DNA of 64,000 nucleotides from Narcine bancroftii (lineage: Eukaryota). This document shows, piece after piece, positions 26,865 to 39,607 of this stretch. Where the stretch lies: the NCBI RefSeq assembly GCF_036971445.1, contig NC_091471.1, positions 250,232,001 through 250,296,000 on the forward strand, in the 5' to 3' direction. The notes beneath the pieces were generated by a model. It did no database searches, was not told where the DNA came from, and saw nothing but the letters and a program-made list of their open reading frames with translations. Position 1 is the stretch's first letter. Every line of letters begins with the position of its first letter. Both the position numbers and the translations under genes were made by a program.

Positions 26865-27510
26865 TCTACTTGCTTGAGTCTTTCAGATACACCACCTCAG
26901 GCACCCACTACTCTGTGTATAAAACAAAATACAAAAACAACAACATAAGTGACGTCTCCCCTAAGCTTTCCTCTCTTCACCTTCACCAGAAGTTCTCTGG
27001 AATTTGCTACTGTCACCCCGGGGAAAAGTTGACTGTGCACCCTTTCTATGTCTTGTAATCTTGTTGATTAAGTCATCTCTCATCCACCTTTGCTCCAAAG
27101 AGAAAAGTCCTAGCTCTGTTAACCTTGCCTCATAAGACGTGTGCTCCCATCCAGGCAACATCATGGTAAATCTCCTCTGGACCCTTTCCAAAGCTTCTAC
27201 ATCCATACTGTGATGAGGCAACCAGAACTGAACACAATATTCCAAGTGTGGTCTAAACAGAGTTTTATAGAGCTGCATCATTACCTCACTACGCTTGAAC
27301 TCAATCCCCCAATGAATGAAGGCCAGCCTTCTGAACTACCCTATCAACCTGTGAGATACTCTATCTTTACATTTGATCTTTCAAAATGCATCTCTCCACA
27401 CTTATCCAGATTGATCAACATCTGCCATTTCTCCACCCAACATCCTGTCTAAAACCTGTTGTAACCTATGACAAATATTCGATACTATTCACAGCACCTG
27501 TAACCTTCAT
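26865..27510 (-). mobile_element. CR1 LINE 3' fragment
   Basis: ORF 26961-27281 LYKTLFRPHLEYCVQFW..LERVQRRFT..SYEARLTELGLFSLE. Confidence 0.85.
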
Positions 27511-27727
27511 GAAATCTTGCCAGCTAGAAAGTACAGGGATGCGCTGCTTAATGTTCATGATATATTCTGTGAAATTGGGCATTATGTGATGTGGGTGCTG
27601 TGCGAACACCATATTAGCAAAGCTATGGATACTGTAGTGTACCTGTAAACTTTAATTTGTTATTAGGGACCAGTGTGGTAACTGACACAGGGTTATGGGC
27701 AGAGACCGGGGTTGTGGGATCAGTGGA

Positions 27728-30700
27728 GGGCCCGAGCCGGGGCTGTGGGGCCCGAGCCGGGGCTGTGGGGCCCGAGCCGGGGCTGTGGGGCCCGAGCCGG
27801 GGCTGTGGGGCCCGAGCCGGGGCTGTGGGGCCCGAGCCGGGGCTGTGGGGCCCGAGCCGGGGCTGTGGGGCCCGAGCCGGGGCTGTGGGGCCCGAGCCGG
27901 GGCTGTGGGGCCCGAGCCGGGGCTGTGGGGCCCGAGCCGGGGCTGTGGGGCCCGAGCCGGGGCTGTGGGGCCCGAGCCGGGGCTGTGGGGCCCGAGCCGG
28001 GGCTGTGGGGCCCGAGCCGGGGCTGTGGGGCCCGAGCCGGGGCTGTGGGGCCCGAGCCGGGGCTGTGGGGCCCGAGCCGGGGCTGTGGGGCCCGAGCCGG
28101 GGCTGTGGGGCCCGAGCCGGGGCTGTGGGGCCCGAGCCGGGGCTGTGGGGCCCGAGCCGGGGCTGTGGGGCCCGAGCCGGGGCTGTGGGGCCCGAGCCGG
28201 GGCTGTGGGGCCCGAGCCGGGGCTGTGGGGCCCGAGCCGGGGCTGTGGGGCCCGAGCCGGGGCTGTGGGGCCCGAGCCGGGGCTGTGGGGCCCGAGCCGG
28301 GGCTGTGGGGCCCGAGCCGGGGCTGTGGGGCCCGAGCCGGGGCTGTGGGGCCCGAGCCGGGGCTGTGGGGCCCGAGCCGGGGCTGTGGGGCCCGAGCCGG
28401 GGCTGTGGGGCCCGAGCCGGGGCTGTGGGGCCCGAGCCGGGGCTGTGGGGCCCGAGCCGGGGCTGTGGGGCCCGAGCCGGGGCTGTGGGGCCCGAGCCGG
28501 GGCTGTGGGGCCCGAGCCGGGGCTGTGGGGCCCGAGCCGGGGCTGTGGGGCCCGAGCCGGGGCTGTGGGGCCCGAGCCGGGGCTGTGGGGCCCGAGCCGG
28601 GGCTGTGGGGCCCGAGCCGGGGCTGTGGGGCCCGAGCCGGGGCTGTGGGGCCCGAGCCGGGGCTGTGGGGCCCGAGCCGGGGCTGTGGGGCCCGAGCCGG
28701 GGCTGTGGGGCCCGAGCCGGGGCTGTGGGGCCCGAGCCGGGGCTGTGGGGCCCGAGCCGGGGCTGTGGGGCCCGAGCCGGGGCTGTGGGGCCCGAGCCGG
28801 GGCTGTGGGGCCCGAGCCGGGGCTGTGGGGCCCGAGCCGGGGCTGTGGGGCCCGAGCCGGGGCTGTGGGGCCCGAGCCGGGGCTGTGGGGCCCGAGCCGG
28901 GGCTGTGGGGCCCGAGCCGGGGCTGTGGGGCCCGAGCCGGGGCTGTGGGGCCCGAGCCGGGGCTGTGGGGCCCGAGCCGGGGCTGTGGGGCCCGAGCCGG
29001 GGCTGTGGGGCCCGAGCCGGGGCTGTGGGGCCCGAGCCGGGGCTGTGGGGCCCGAGCCGGGGCTGTGGGGCCCGAGCCGGGGCTGTGGGGCCCGAGCCGG
29101 GGCTGTGGGGCCCGAGCCGGGGCTGTGGGGCCCGAGCCGGGGCTGTGGGGCCCGAGCCGGGGCTGTGGGGCCCGAGCCGGGGCTGTGGGGCCCGAGCCGG
29201 GGCTGTGGGGCCCGAGCCGGGGCTGTGGGGCCCGAGCCGGGGCTGTGGGGCCCGAGCCGGGGCTGTGGGGCCCGAGCCGGGGCTGTGGGGCCCGAGCCGG
29301 GGCTGTGGGGCCCGAGCCGGGGCTGTGGGGCCCGAGCCGGGGCTGTGGGGCCCGAGCCGGGGCTGTGGGGCCCGAGCCGGGGCTGTGGGGCCCGAGCCGG
29401 GGCTGTGGGGCCCGAGCCGGGGCTGTGGGGCCCGAGCCGGGGCTGTGGGGCCCGAGCCGGGGCTGTGGGGCCCGAGCCGGGGCTGTGGGGCCCGAGCCGG
29501 GGCTGTGGGGCCCGAGCCGGGGCTGTGGGGCCCGAGCCGGGGCTGTGGGGCCCGAGCCGGGGCTGTGGGGCCCGAGCCGGGGCTGTGGGGCCCGAGCCGG
29601 GGCTGTGGGGCCCGAGCCGGGGCTGTGGGGCCCGAGCCGGGGCTGTGGGGCCCGAGCCGGGGCTGTGGGGCCCGAGCCGGGGCTGTGGGGCCCGAGCCGG
29701 GGCTGTGGGGCCCGAGCCGGGGCTGTGGGGCCCGAGCCGGGGCTGTGGGGCCCGAGCCGGGGCTGTGGGGCCCGAGCCGGGGCTGTGGGGCCCGAGCCGG
29801 GGCTGTGGGGCCCGAGCCGGGGCTGTGGGGCCCGAGCCGGGGCTGTGGGGCCCGAGCCGGGGCTGTGGGGCCCGAGCCGGGGCTGTGGGGCCCGAGCCGG
29901 GGCTGTGGGGCCCGAGCCGGGGCTGTGGGGCCCGAGCCGGGGCTGTGGGGCCCGAGCCGGGGCTGTGGGGCCCGAGCCGGGGCTGTGGGGCCCGAGCCGG
30001 GGCTGTGGGGCCCGAGCCGGGGCTGTGGGGCCCGAGCCGGGGCTGTGGGGCCCGAGCCGGGGCTGTGGGGCCCGAGCCGGGGCTGTGGGGCCCGAGCCGG
30101 GGCTGTGGGGCCCGAGCCGGGGCTGTGGGGCCCGAGCCGGGGCTGTGGGGCCCGAGCCGGGGCTGTGGGGCCCGAGCCGGGGCTGTGGGGCCCGAGCCGG
30201 GGCTGTGGGGCCCGAGCCGGGGCTGTGGGGCCCGAGCCGGGGCTGTGGGGCCCGAGCCGGGGCTGTGGGGCCCGAGCCGGGGCTGTGGGGCCCGAGCCGG
30301 GGCTGTGGGGCCCGAGCCGGGGCTGTGGGGCCCGAGCCGGGGCTGTGGGGCCCGAGCCGGGGCTGTGGGGCCCGAGCCGGGGCTGTGGGGCCCGAGCCGG
30401 GGCTGTGGGGCCCGAGCCGGGGCTGTGGGGCCCGAGCCGGGGCTGTGGGGCCCGAGCCGGGGCTGTGGGGCCCGAGCCGGGGCTGTGGGGCCCGAGCCGG
30501 GGCTGTGGGGCCCGAGCCGGGGCTGTGGGGCCCGAGCCGGGGCTGTGGGGCCCGAGCCGGGGCTGTGGGGCCCGAGCCGGGGCTGTGGGGCCCGAGCCGG
30601 GGCTGTGGGGCCCGAGCCGGGGCTGTGGGGCCCGAGCCGGGGCTGTGGGGCCCGAGCCGGGGCTGTGGGGCCCGAGCCGGGGCTGTGGGGCCCGAGCCGG

Positions 30701-32050
30701 GGCTGTGGGGCCCGAGCCGGGGCTGTGGGGCCCGAGCCGGGGCTGTGGGGCCCGAGCCGGGGCTGTGGGGCCCGAGCCGGGGCTGTGGGGCCCGAGCCGG
30801 GGCTGTGGGGCCCGAGCCGGGGCTGTGGGGCCCGAGCCGGGGCTGTGGGGCCCGAGCCGGGGCTGTGGGGCCCGAGCCGGGGCTGTGGGGCCCGAGCCGG
30901 GGCTGTGGGGCCCGAGCCGGGGCTGTGGGGCCCGAGCCGGGGCTGTGGGGCCCGAGCCGGGGCTGTGGGGCCCGAGCCGGGGCTGTGGGGCCCGAGCCGG
31001 GGCTGTGGGGCCCGAGCCGGGGCTGTGGGGCCCGAGCCGGGGCTGTGGGGCCCGAGCCGGGGCTGTGGGGCCCGAGCCGGGGCTGTGGGGCCCGAGCCGG
31101 GGCTGTGGGGCCCGAGCCGGGGCTGTGGGGCCCGAGCCGGGGCTGTGGGGCCCGAGCCGGGGCTGTGGGGCCCGAGCCGGGGCTGTGGGGCCCGAGCCGG
31201 GGCTGTGGGGCCCGAGCCGGGGCTGTGGGGCCCGAGCCGGGGCTGTGGGGCCCGAGCCGGGGCTGTGGGGCCCGAGCCGGGGCTGTGGGGCCCGAGCCGG
31301 GGCTGTGGGGCCCGAGCCGGGGCTGTGGGGCCCGAGCCGGGGCTGTGGGGCCCGAGCCGGGGCTGTGGGGCCCGAGCCGGGGCTGTGGGGCCCGAGCCGG
31401 GGCTGTGGGGCCCGAGCCGGGGCTGTGGGGCCCGAGCCGGGGCTGTGGGGCCCGAGCCGGGGCTGTGGGGCCCGAGCCGGGGCTGTGGGGCCCGAGCCGG
31501 GGCTGTGGGGCCCGAGCCGGGGCTGTGGGGCCCGAGCCGGGGCTGTGGGGCCCGAGCCGGGGCTGTGGGGCCCGAGCCGGGGCTGTGGGGCCCGAGCCGG
31601 GGCTGTGGGGCCCGAGCCGGGGCTGTGGGGCCCGAGCCGGGGCTGTGGGGCCCGAGCCGGGGCTGTGGGGCCCGAGCCGGGGCTGTGGGGCCCGAGCCGG
31701 GGCTGTGGGGCCCGAGCCGGGGCTGTGGGGCCCGAGCCGGGGCTGTGGGGCCCGAGCCGGGGCTGTGGGGCCCGAGCCGGGGCTGTGGGGCCCGAGCCGG
31801 GGCTGTGGGGCCCGAGCCGGGGCTGTGGGGCCCGAGCCGGGGCTGTGGGGCCCGAGCCGGGGCTGTGGGGCCCGAGCCGGGGCTGTGGGGCCCGAGCCGG
31901 GGCTGTGGGGCCCGAGCCGGGGCTGTGGGGCCCGAGCCGGGGCTGTGGGGCCCGAGCCGGGGCTGTGGGGCCCGAGCCGGGGCTGTGGGGCCCGAGCCGG
32001 GGCTGTGGGGCCCGAGCCGGGGCTGTGGGGCCCGAGCCGGGGCTGTGGGG
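27728..32050. repeat. Homogeneous 20-bp minisatellite (GGGCCCGAGCCGGGGCTGTG)n, ~216 copies, in DNM2 intron 17
   Basis: Identical 60-nt lines from 27781 to 32040; no variant unit seen. Confidence 0.99.
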
Positions 32051-32395
32051 GTACAGAATATAATTTCCTATAGCTAGCAATCACTTTTTCTAAATTACTG
32101 TGGACTTGCTTGTGGTAACTGAATAATTACGGTAATTGGTAACTGAAAAAACTGAATAAATGCGGTTGGACTTTGCCCGAGCTGAAAATTGATGTGAGTC
32201 GGTGCTGTTGGGAGAGGACATCCTTCAGAAATACGGAGATGATGATGGGAGGCAGCTGGAGAGTTTCATGGGGGGCTTTGGAGTTGAGGTATTGATTGGG
32301 GGAGTGGTATCTGGATGCCTGCAGCATTGAGGGGAGAAACTGGAGATGATGTGGTGGAGATCAGGCACTTTTTAATTGCTGACAATGTTCCACAG

Positions 32396-32563
32396 GCAGA
32401 AAATGAAGAGAGTGGAAGCACCACCGACACATTTTCAATGGACCCTCAGCTGGAGAGGCAGGTGGAGACCATTCGCAACTTGGTGGATTCCTACATGAGC
32501 ATTGTCAACAAGTCAATTAGGGATCTGATGCCAAAGACCATCATGCACCTTATGATCAACAAT
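32396..32563 (+). CDS. DNM2: Dynamin-2 exon 18 (GED), 168 nt
   Basis: acag|GCA..AAT|gtaat; [56 protein letters not shown]. Confidence 0.96.
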
Positions 32564-32999
32564 GTAATTTGGTCGTGATCAATACTGGGGAAGGGAAGAA
32601 GGCTGGAATGAGGCGGTGGGATAAGGAGGAGGGGCGGTGGAATAAGGTGGTGGGAGAGTGTCTGTGTATATGAAGGGCTTGGGGAGTGGTTGAGTGCTTG
32701 CTGGTGGAGTGTCAGTGTGGGCAGATCGGGGTGAGAGGAATAGTGTGATGGGAAAGGGGAGTCAATGCAGTGAAGAGGGGGAATATGCAGGCTTTCCATG
32801 GTTAAAATACAGGGAAATAGGATGGGAGAGGGTGTGGCAAGCAGGAGAGTGGTTGAGGTGTTGGCGGTGGGCAAGGGGCTGGTCTCGCTGGCGAATGGGG
32901 AAGGGGATGAACCAGCTGAGGGGATATCGGGATGGTCAATAATGCTAGCATTGTTGGTGGGTCGAATGACATGCCTGAGCGTGCCCTTTCTTCCCGCAG

Positions 33000-33235
33000 A
33001 CCAAGGACTTCATCCACTCGGAACTGCTGGCTTTCCTTTACTCCTCCACGGACCAAAACAGCTTAATGGAGGAATCTGTTGAGCAGGCTCAGAGACGTGA
33101 TGAGATGCTGCGAATGTACCACGCCATCAAGGAAGCGCTCCACATCATCGGGGACATCAGCACCAGCACCATCAGCGCCCCCCTGCCCCCGCCAGTCGAT
33201 GACTCCTGGCTGTCCACTCAGTCAGGGGGACACAG
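33000..33235 (+). CDS. DNM2: Dynamin-2 exon 19 (GED/PRD), 236 nt
   Basis: gcag|ACC..AG|gtagg; [78 protein letters not shown]. Confidence 0.96.
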
Positions 33236-33478
33236 GTAGGCCAGTGGGCAAAGAGTCAGGGCTGACGATTTGTTGCTAGTCATGTGCCAGATTTCCTTTG
33301 GACCAGCAGGGGAAACCAAGTTCCCTGTGTGTGGGTCATTGACTGCCATTCCTTTAGGGGAGGCATTTTACTTTAGAGACAGCACAGTAACAAGCCCTTC
33401 CAGACCCAGGCGTCTTTAGATAGTGGGAAGAAACCTGAGTACCCGGAGGAAACCCACGCAAGACACAAGGAGAACGTA

Positions 33479-34094
33479 CAGTTACACAATCCTTTATCTG
33501 GACATCTAAAATCCGGAAAGCTCCAAAAATCGGCATTTTTTTCCTGGTGCTGGAGGGAGGGAGAGAGGCAGCAGCACAACTAGGTTGGGTTGGGGGGGGG
33601 GGGGGTGGGAGACGGCAACATAACTTAGGTGGGCGAGGGGGAGGAGAGAGATGGCAGCACGACTCAGGTGGGTGGGGGGGAGAGAGACGGCAGCGCGATT
33701 TGGGTGGGCGAGGGGGGGAGAGAGACGGCAGCGCAACTCAGGTGGGGGGAGAGAGAAGGCAGCACGACTTGGGCGGGGGTAAAGAGAAGGCAGTGCAACT
33801 CGGGCAGGGGGGAGAGAGCGAGACGGCAGCGCCACTCGGGCAGGGGAGGGGAGAGCAAGATGGCAGAACCACTCGGGAGGGGGAGAGAGAGTGAGACGGC
33901 AGAACCACTCGGGAGGGGGAGAGAGAGCGAGATGGCAGCACGTCTCGGGTGGCGAGGGGGAGAGAGACGCAAGCACAACAGCACAATTCGGGTGGGCTTA
34001 AACCTGGGGCAGCTGGGTTTTCTGAAATCGAGGAAAAATCCAAAATTTGGAAAACACTGTCCCCCGAGGTTCCAGATAAAGGATTGTGTACCTG
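33479..34094. mobile_element. Tc1/mariner-type MITE inserted into a SINE, with internal diverged G-rich tandem units
   Basis: TIRs CAGTTACACAATCCTTTATCTGGA / TCCAGATAAAGGATTGTGTACCTG; TA TSD; flanks rejoin as the SINE sequence GGAGAACG-TA-CAAAC. Confidence 0.85.
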
Positions 34095-34249
34095 TACAAA
34101 CCCCTCAAAGACAGCAGCAAATTCGATCCTGGGCCACCAGCGCTGTAACAGCCTTGTGCTAACCGCGCTACCCCTGTGGTACAGTGTTGTGAGTTACAGG
34201 AATTTATTGGGTGCCATGGAGGTGTGGGCGTCACAGTGATATTAAGTTT

Positions 34250-34450
34250 AAATTTAGACATACAGCACAGTAACAAGCCCTTTCAGCCCACGTGTCTGTG
34301 CCTCCCATGGTACATTTTGAATGGTGGGAGGAAACTGGAGCATTGGGGAAGCCCCACACAGACACAGGAAAAATGTACAGACAGAACAGGATTTGAACCC
34401 TTGGCACTATAGTAGCATTGCACTAACCACTATGCCATCTTTTCCGCCCC
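34250..34450 (-). mobile_element. tRNA-derived SINE
   Basis: B-box-like GGTTCAAATCC on the minus strand; same family as 33370-34170, 47735-47970 and 59130-59345. Confidence 0.7.
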
Positions 34451-34596
34451 ATGATATGAGGGGTCGCAGCCTTGTCCATACAGGGACTGGATGGAGAGTG
34501 TGATCAACAAGGGACTTGGGCCAATGCCCATCAAGGGGGAGAGTGCATTTGGGCTTGATGTTGGGATTATAACTGCAGCCTTCATTGCTCCCTCAG

Positions 34597-34821
34597 CCCG
34601 CGACCTCAGCGCCGGCCACACCCAGTAATGGGAATGCCCAGCAGACCACCCGGGGTGCGAGGGCCAACCCCGGGCCCCCCGTTGATTCCCACCCCGGTAC
34701 AGGGATTTGGAGCCCCTCCTATCCCGTCGAGGCCTGCTCCCATGAACGACGGTTTTGGAGCCCCACCTCAGATTCCCTCCCGGCCGGCACGGATTCCACC
34801 TGGACCCCCGGGACTGCCCAG
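34597..34821 (+). CDS. DNM2: Dynamin-2 exon 20 (proline-rich domain), 225 nt
   Basis: tcag|C..AG|gtaag; [53 protein letters not shown]. Confidence 0.95.
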
Positions 34822-37800
34822 GTAAGTGGAAGCCTAGGTCTCTGATCCTGTGCCTGTGGGCACATCTGGAGCAGGACCTGGTGTTTGCCGGCATTTGGGA
34901 ATCATCATTTTTGGAATTTTCACTACATCTTCATTCCACCTGCCAGGAAGGTACTCTGCTGTCTTCCAGTGTGTTAGAGGGTCCACACCACGAGTCCCCA
35001 CACCTGCTTGTCTCTCAGGGATGGGGACCCTCTTCTATTTGTCTCTGTGTGTCTCAGGGTTTTCTCCTCCCCTTGCATGTTGCCTTGGGGATAAGGTACC
35101 TCATCTGACTGTCTGGCTTTGGCAGGGTTTCTCATCCATCTGTTTGACCCTGTCATCCCATCTCTTTCTGTCGTGGGGGTTGGGGCGGGGGGGGTGGGGG
35201 AATAGGCCGGCGTGGGGGAGCCTTGTCCATATGTTTGCTTGGGAGTGCCTCACACTTTTTTGTATCTCTCAATTCCCTTTTTCAAGTTGTCTATGGCAGT
35301 TTGACTCTCCCTCACTGCCCCGTAACATGAAAGTTGGCCTCTCCCGATGGAAACGTAGCTGAGGGTTGACATCTTCCTTGAAATAATCACGTGACTGCCC
35401 AAATCTTCCATTACTTGCCTACCCAGACTGTCACAGTGATGGTGTTTAAAATCAGCCCGCACTGTAATAACAAATAGCAGAATCAATTAAGCATAAAACA
35501 GTTTACTTTATTCAACCTTGATCTTGCTAGTGGGAGAAGGGATACAAAATGAAAAAGTTCAGTAACACTTTCTCTACACTGAGCCCCAACTCAAAGCACA
35601 TGTTCATCGCACTTTTATACACCTTTAGGCGGGGGTCTGCGTGAGACCCTACAAGTTTCACATACGTTTCCTTGTGTCGATAGATGAAAGGAAAGACTGG
35701 ATAATTACATGGAGGGGAGGATTGGAGGGGTATGGACCAGGTGCTGGTCAGGAGGGTGGGGATCTGTTCCGGCATGGACTAGTAGGGCCAAACTGGCCTG
35801 TTCTGTGCTGTATATGGTTATATGGACTGGGAAATGTCAGGGCATCCTTTATTCAAGGTGTATTTACATTGTGTTACTAACTCATTTCAGCACAGGAAAG
35901 TCATGTTAGAAGGCAATTATGTTCCAACCATTTTACAGCCTCTACTATATGTACTTGCCTAATTCATTAGCCCTCTATTAAGCATATTCGTTAAACTTAT
36001 TCTTTCACAGTGTTGTGGTCCCATTAGCAGCTTATGGGTTAGCGTGTCTCCTTATTCTCTGATGTGTCCCTTTGAAATACTTCAGCTTCTATCTCATTTA
36101 AAAACCTCCTGGCGCACTCACTTGAGTCAGACAGCTTGTGGCTTGGGTCTGACTCCAGAGACTGGAACACAGTGCAGCATTGAGCTGTTCTGGTAATTCC
36201 ATTGTCATGAATCTGTTTCAATTTAATTTTTTTTAAATTTAGACTGACAGCCCGGTAACTGGCCCTTTTGGCCCATGAGCCTGTGCTGCCCCAATTACAA
36301 CCAACTGACCTACAACCCACCGTACGTTTTGAAGTTTAATAGCAGTTGTGGCCTTCCACATCGCAGAAGTCGCTACTTAATTAGCTGCACCGTGCTTTGG
36401 GATGGTCTGGATTGAAGAGAAATGAGATGTAGAAATGTGAGGCTCCTTTTTCAATTTCAACCTTCAAGTGGATCCTCCATTTCTTTCTTTTACATCTTCA
36501 CTGCCTTCCCCTGTATCGAATGAACTCTTCAGTTTGACCCAAATGCTCACCTTTGAATTCATTGCTGTGGTGTCTTTCATTGTCTTTAACGATTTTCTCC
36601 TGCCCTGCACCTTACCTGAAGCTCCTGCCAGGTTCGGGCTGCTACAACACAGAACCGATGACTTGTCACAATCACGAACATCCTGTGACCATTCTTCCTG
36701 AACTGATCCCAGTACAGTAAAATCCCCAGTGTCCAGCACGAATGGGGATTGTTAGATGTCGGATAAGTGGATTTCCCAGATGCTTGACACTGCATGTTGT
36801 GTGAATGAAGAATGTGGTTTTTTTTTTTACCCATTTACTTTCCGTTATTTTTTTTTTTGCCGGTTCCTTCCAGGGATTTTACTGTATATAACATTAACTA
36901 CACCATTCTCTAGTTACATTTCAGCTGCATGGCACAGTGTTTGTCTAGTTCCCTCCATTCCACTGCAATGGCTTCCTTCCCCAAACCCAGTTACTCTAGT
37001 ATTGTTGAAGGATCTATCCTTTGACCCCTTCCACATCCATGTTTTTTCCAGGTAATATCACTTGTGGTGGTGCTCCCAGCATTACTCACTTTCTCTTAAT
37101 TCTCAGACCATCCAGGACTTGAATGAGCAGAAATCTCCTTGGATTAAAACAGTTAGAAGGCAATCTCCCATGCCCATTGCAGCCAACTTCATCCCTCTTC
37201 TGGCAGAACCATTCTCCTTAATTTGGTTTTAGATGTGCCTTTATTGTCTGTTTCTATTTCAATAACATCACCTGGTTTTGTCCGGCTTGCTGTTGATTCC
37301 ATTCCTGTTTTCACCTCCACCCATAAATATTTCCAGTGCACTCCAGCAGCTTATACAAGAACATAAGAAATAGGACCAGGAGTCGGCCATCCGGCCCGTC
37401 AAGCCTGCTTCTCCATTCAGTGAGATCATGTCTAATCTGATGACAGACTCATCTCCATCTACCTGTCTTTTCCCCATATCCCTTAATTCCCCTACCGTGT
37501 TTAAAAAAACAACTACCTGGGTTTAAAGCTTGGACTTTTTGAGTGTGGTGCTTAATCTTTGGGAATCACTTTGAGTATGCAAAGTTCAACAGCGTGAGCT
37601 GCCTCTAATGGAGCATTTTGGCTTCTGTAGGTGATCTCCCAGTGCGTAATTTCCCCACCAATTGAAACCATCTTCTGCAGAGTCATCCTGCACACCTGGT
37701 TTCTGATTGATTCTGCATTCCCGCGAGCGTGCTACTTTTAAATAGATAACGGCAGAATATTTCACGAGTTTCACGTTACCTCAGTGTTGGGAGATTTTGT

Positions 37801-37846
37801 GAACCTAAGAAAATGTGAATCTGGCCCATCAAATCCCTCAGTGGAT

Positions 37847-39377
37847 CCCCCAGCCTGGAGTCGCTCTGCCCCCCAGCCTGGAGTCGCTCTGCCCCCCAGC
37901 CTGGAGTCGCTCTGCCCCCCAGCCTGGAGTCGCTCTGCCCCCCAGCCTGGAGTCGCTCTGCCCCCCAGCCTGGAGTCGCTCTGCCCCCCAGCCTGGAGTC
38001 GCTCTGCCCCCCAGCCTGGAGTCGCTCTGCCCCCCAGCCTGGAGTCGCTCTGCCCCCCAGCCTGGAGTCGCTCTGCCCCCCAGCCTGGAGTCGCTCTGCC
38101 CCCCAGCCTGGAGTCGCTCTGCCCCCCAGCCTGGAGTCGCTCTGCCCCCCAGCCTGGAGTCGCTCTGCCCCCCAGCCTGGAGTCGCTCTGCCCCCCAGCC
38201 TGGAGTCGCTCTGCCCCCCAGCCTGGAGTCGCTCTGCCCCCCAGCCTGGAGTCGCTCTGCCCCCCAGCCTGGAGTCGCTCTGCCCCCCAGCCTGGAGTCG
38301 CTCTGCCCCCCAGCCTGGAGTCGCTCTGCCCCCCAGCCTGGAGTCGCTCTGCCCCCCAGCCTGGAGTCGCTCTGCCCCCCAGCCTGGAGTCGCTCTGCCC
38401 CCCAGCCTGGAGTCGCTCTGCCCCCCAGCCTGGAGTCGCTCTGCCCCCCAGCCTGGAGTCGCTCTGCCCCCCAGCCTGGAGTCGCTCTGCCCCCCAGCCT
38501 GGAGTCGCTCTGCCCCCCAGCCTGGAGTCGCTCTGCCCCCCAGCCTGGAGTCGCTCTGCCCCCCAGCCTGGAGTCGCTCTGCCCCCCAGCCTGGAGTCGC
38601 TCTGCCCCCCAGCCTGGAGTCGCTCTGCCCCCCAGCCTGGAGTCGCTCTGCCCCCCAGCCTGGAGTCGCTCTGCCCCCCAGCCTGGAGTCGCTCTGCCCC
38701 CCAGCCTGGAGTCGCTCTGCCCCCCAGCCTGGAGTCGCTCTGCCCCCCAGCCTGGAGTCGCTCTGCCCCCCAGCCTGGAGTCGCTCTGCCCCCCAGCCTG
38801 GAGTCGCTCTGCCCCCCAGCCTGGAGTCGCTCTGCCCCCCAGCCTGGAGTCGCTCTGCCCCCCAGCCTGGAGTCGCTCTGCCCCCCAGCCTGGAGTCGCT
38901 CTGCCCCCCAGCCTGGAGTCGCTCTGCCCCCCAGCCTGGAGTCGCTCTGCCCCCCAGCCTGGAGTCGCTCTGCCCCCCAGCCTGGAGTCGCTCTGCCCCC
39001 CAGCCTGGAGTCGCTCTGCCCCCCAGCCTGGAGTCGCTCTGCCCCCCAGCCTGGAGTCGCTCTGCCCCCCAGCCTGGAGTCGCTCTGCCCCCCAGCCTGG
39101 AGTCGCTCTGCCCCCCAGCCTGGAGTCGCTCTGCCCCCCAGCCTGGAGTCGCTCTGCCCCCCAGCCTGGAGTCGCTCTGCCCCCCAGCCTGGAGTCGCTC
39201 TGCCCCCCAGCCTGGAGTCGCTCTGCCCCCCAGCCTGGAGTCGCTCTGCCCCCCAGCCTGGAGTCGCTCTGCCCCCCAGCCTGGAGTCGCTCTGCCCCCC
39301 AGCCTGGAGTCGCTCTGCCCCCCAGCCTGGAGTCGCTCTGCCCCCCAGCCTGGAGTCGCTCTGCCCCCCAGCCTGGA
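37847..39377. repeat. Homogeneous 23-bp minisatellite (CCCCCCAGCCTGGAGTCGCTCTG)n, ~66 copies, in DNM2 intron 20
   Basis: 23-nt period, no variant unit seen; GGATCC at both edges. Confidence 0.98.
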
Positions 39378-39513
39378 TCCAGGATAATCCTCCACACCTG
39401 ATCCATGTTGTGCGCACACCCTGGTGCTCTGTGTGACAGAGAGAAGTGCCCATGCAGGCAGCAGCTCTGTACTCCGGATGTGCCAGTGTTGTTGAAATGA
39501 ACCCTGATTTTTC

Positions 39514-39596
39514 TCCTACCTCTTCCTGTTATATTGACCCACGTTTTTGTTTTTTTTCCTACCTCTTCCTGTTATATTGACCCACGTTTTTGTTTT
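39514..39596. repeat. 43-bp-period tandem duplication in the branch point/pyrimidine region of the last intron
   Basis: TCCTACCTCTTCCTGTTATATTGACCCACGTTTTTGTTTT occurs at 39514 and 39557. Confidence 0.85.
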
Positions 39597-39607
39597 GTCT
39601 CCCTCAG

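Noticed and set aside
27623-32084. Five 1450-1485 aa ORFs on both strands
   Set aside because: Artefacts of a stop-free 20-bp repeat; all frames give the same 20-aa polymer; intronic, with no independent coding evidence
27728-39377. CRISPR array interpretation of the tandem repeats
   Set aside because: No unique spacers, no cas genes, eukaryotic intronic context
37771-39453. Five 520-560 aa ORFs
   Set aside because: Artefacts of the stop-free 23-bp minisatellite
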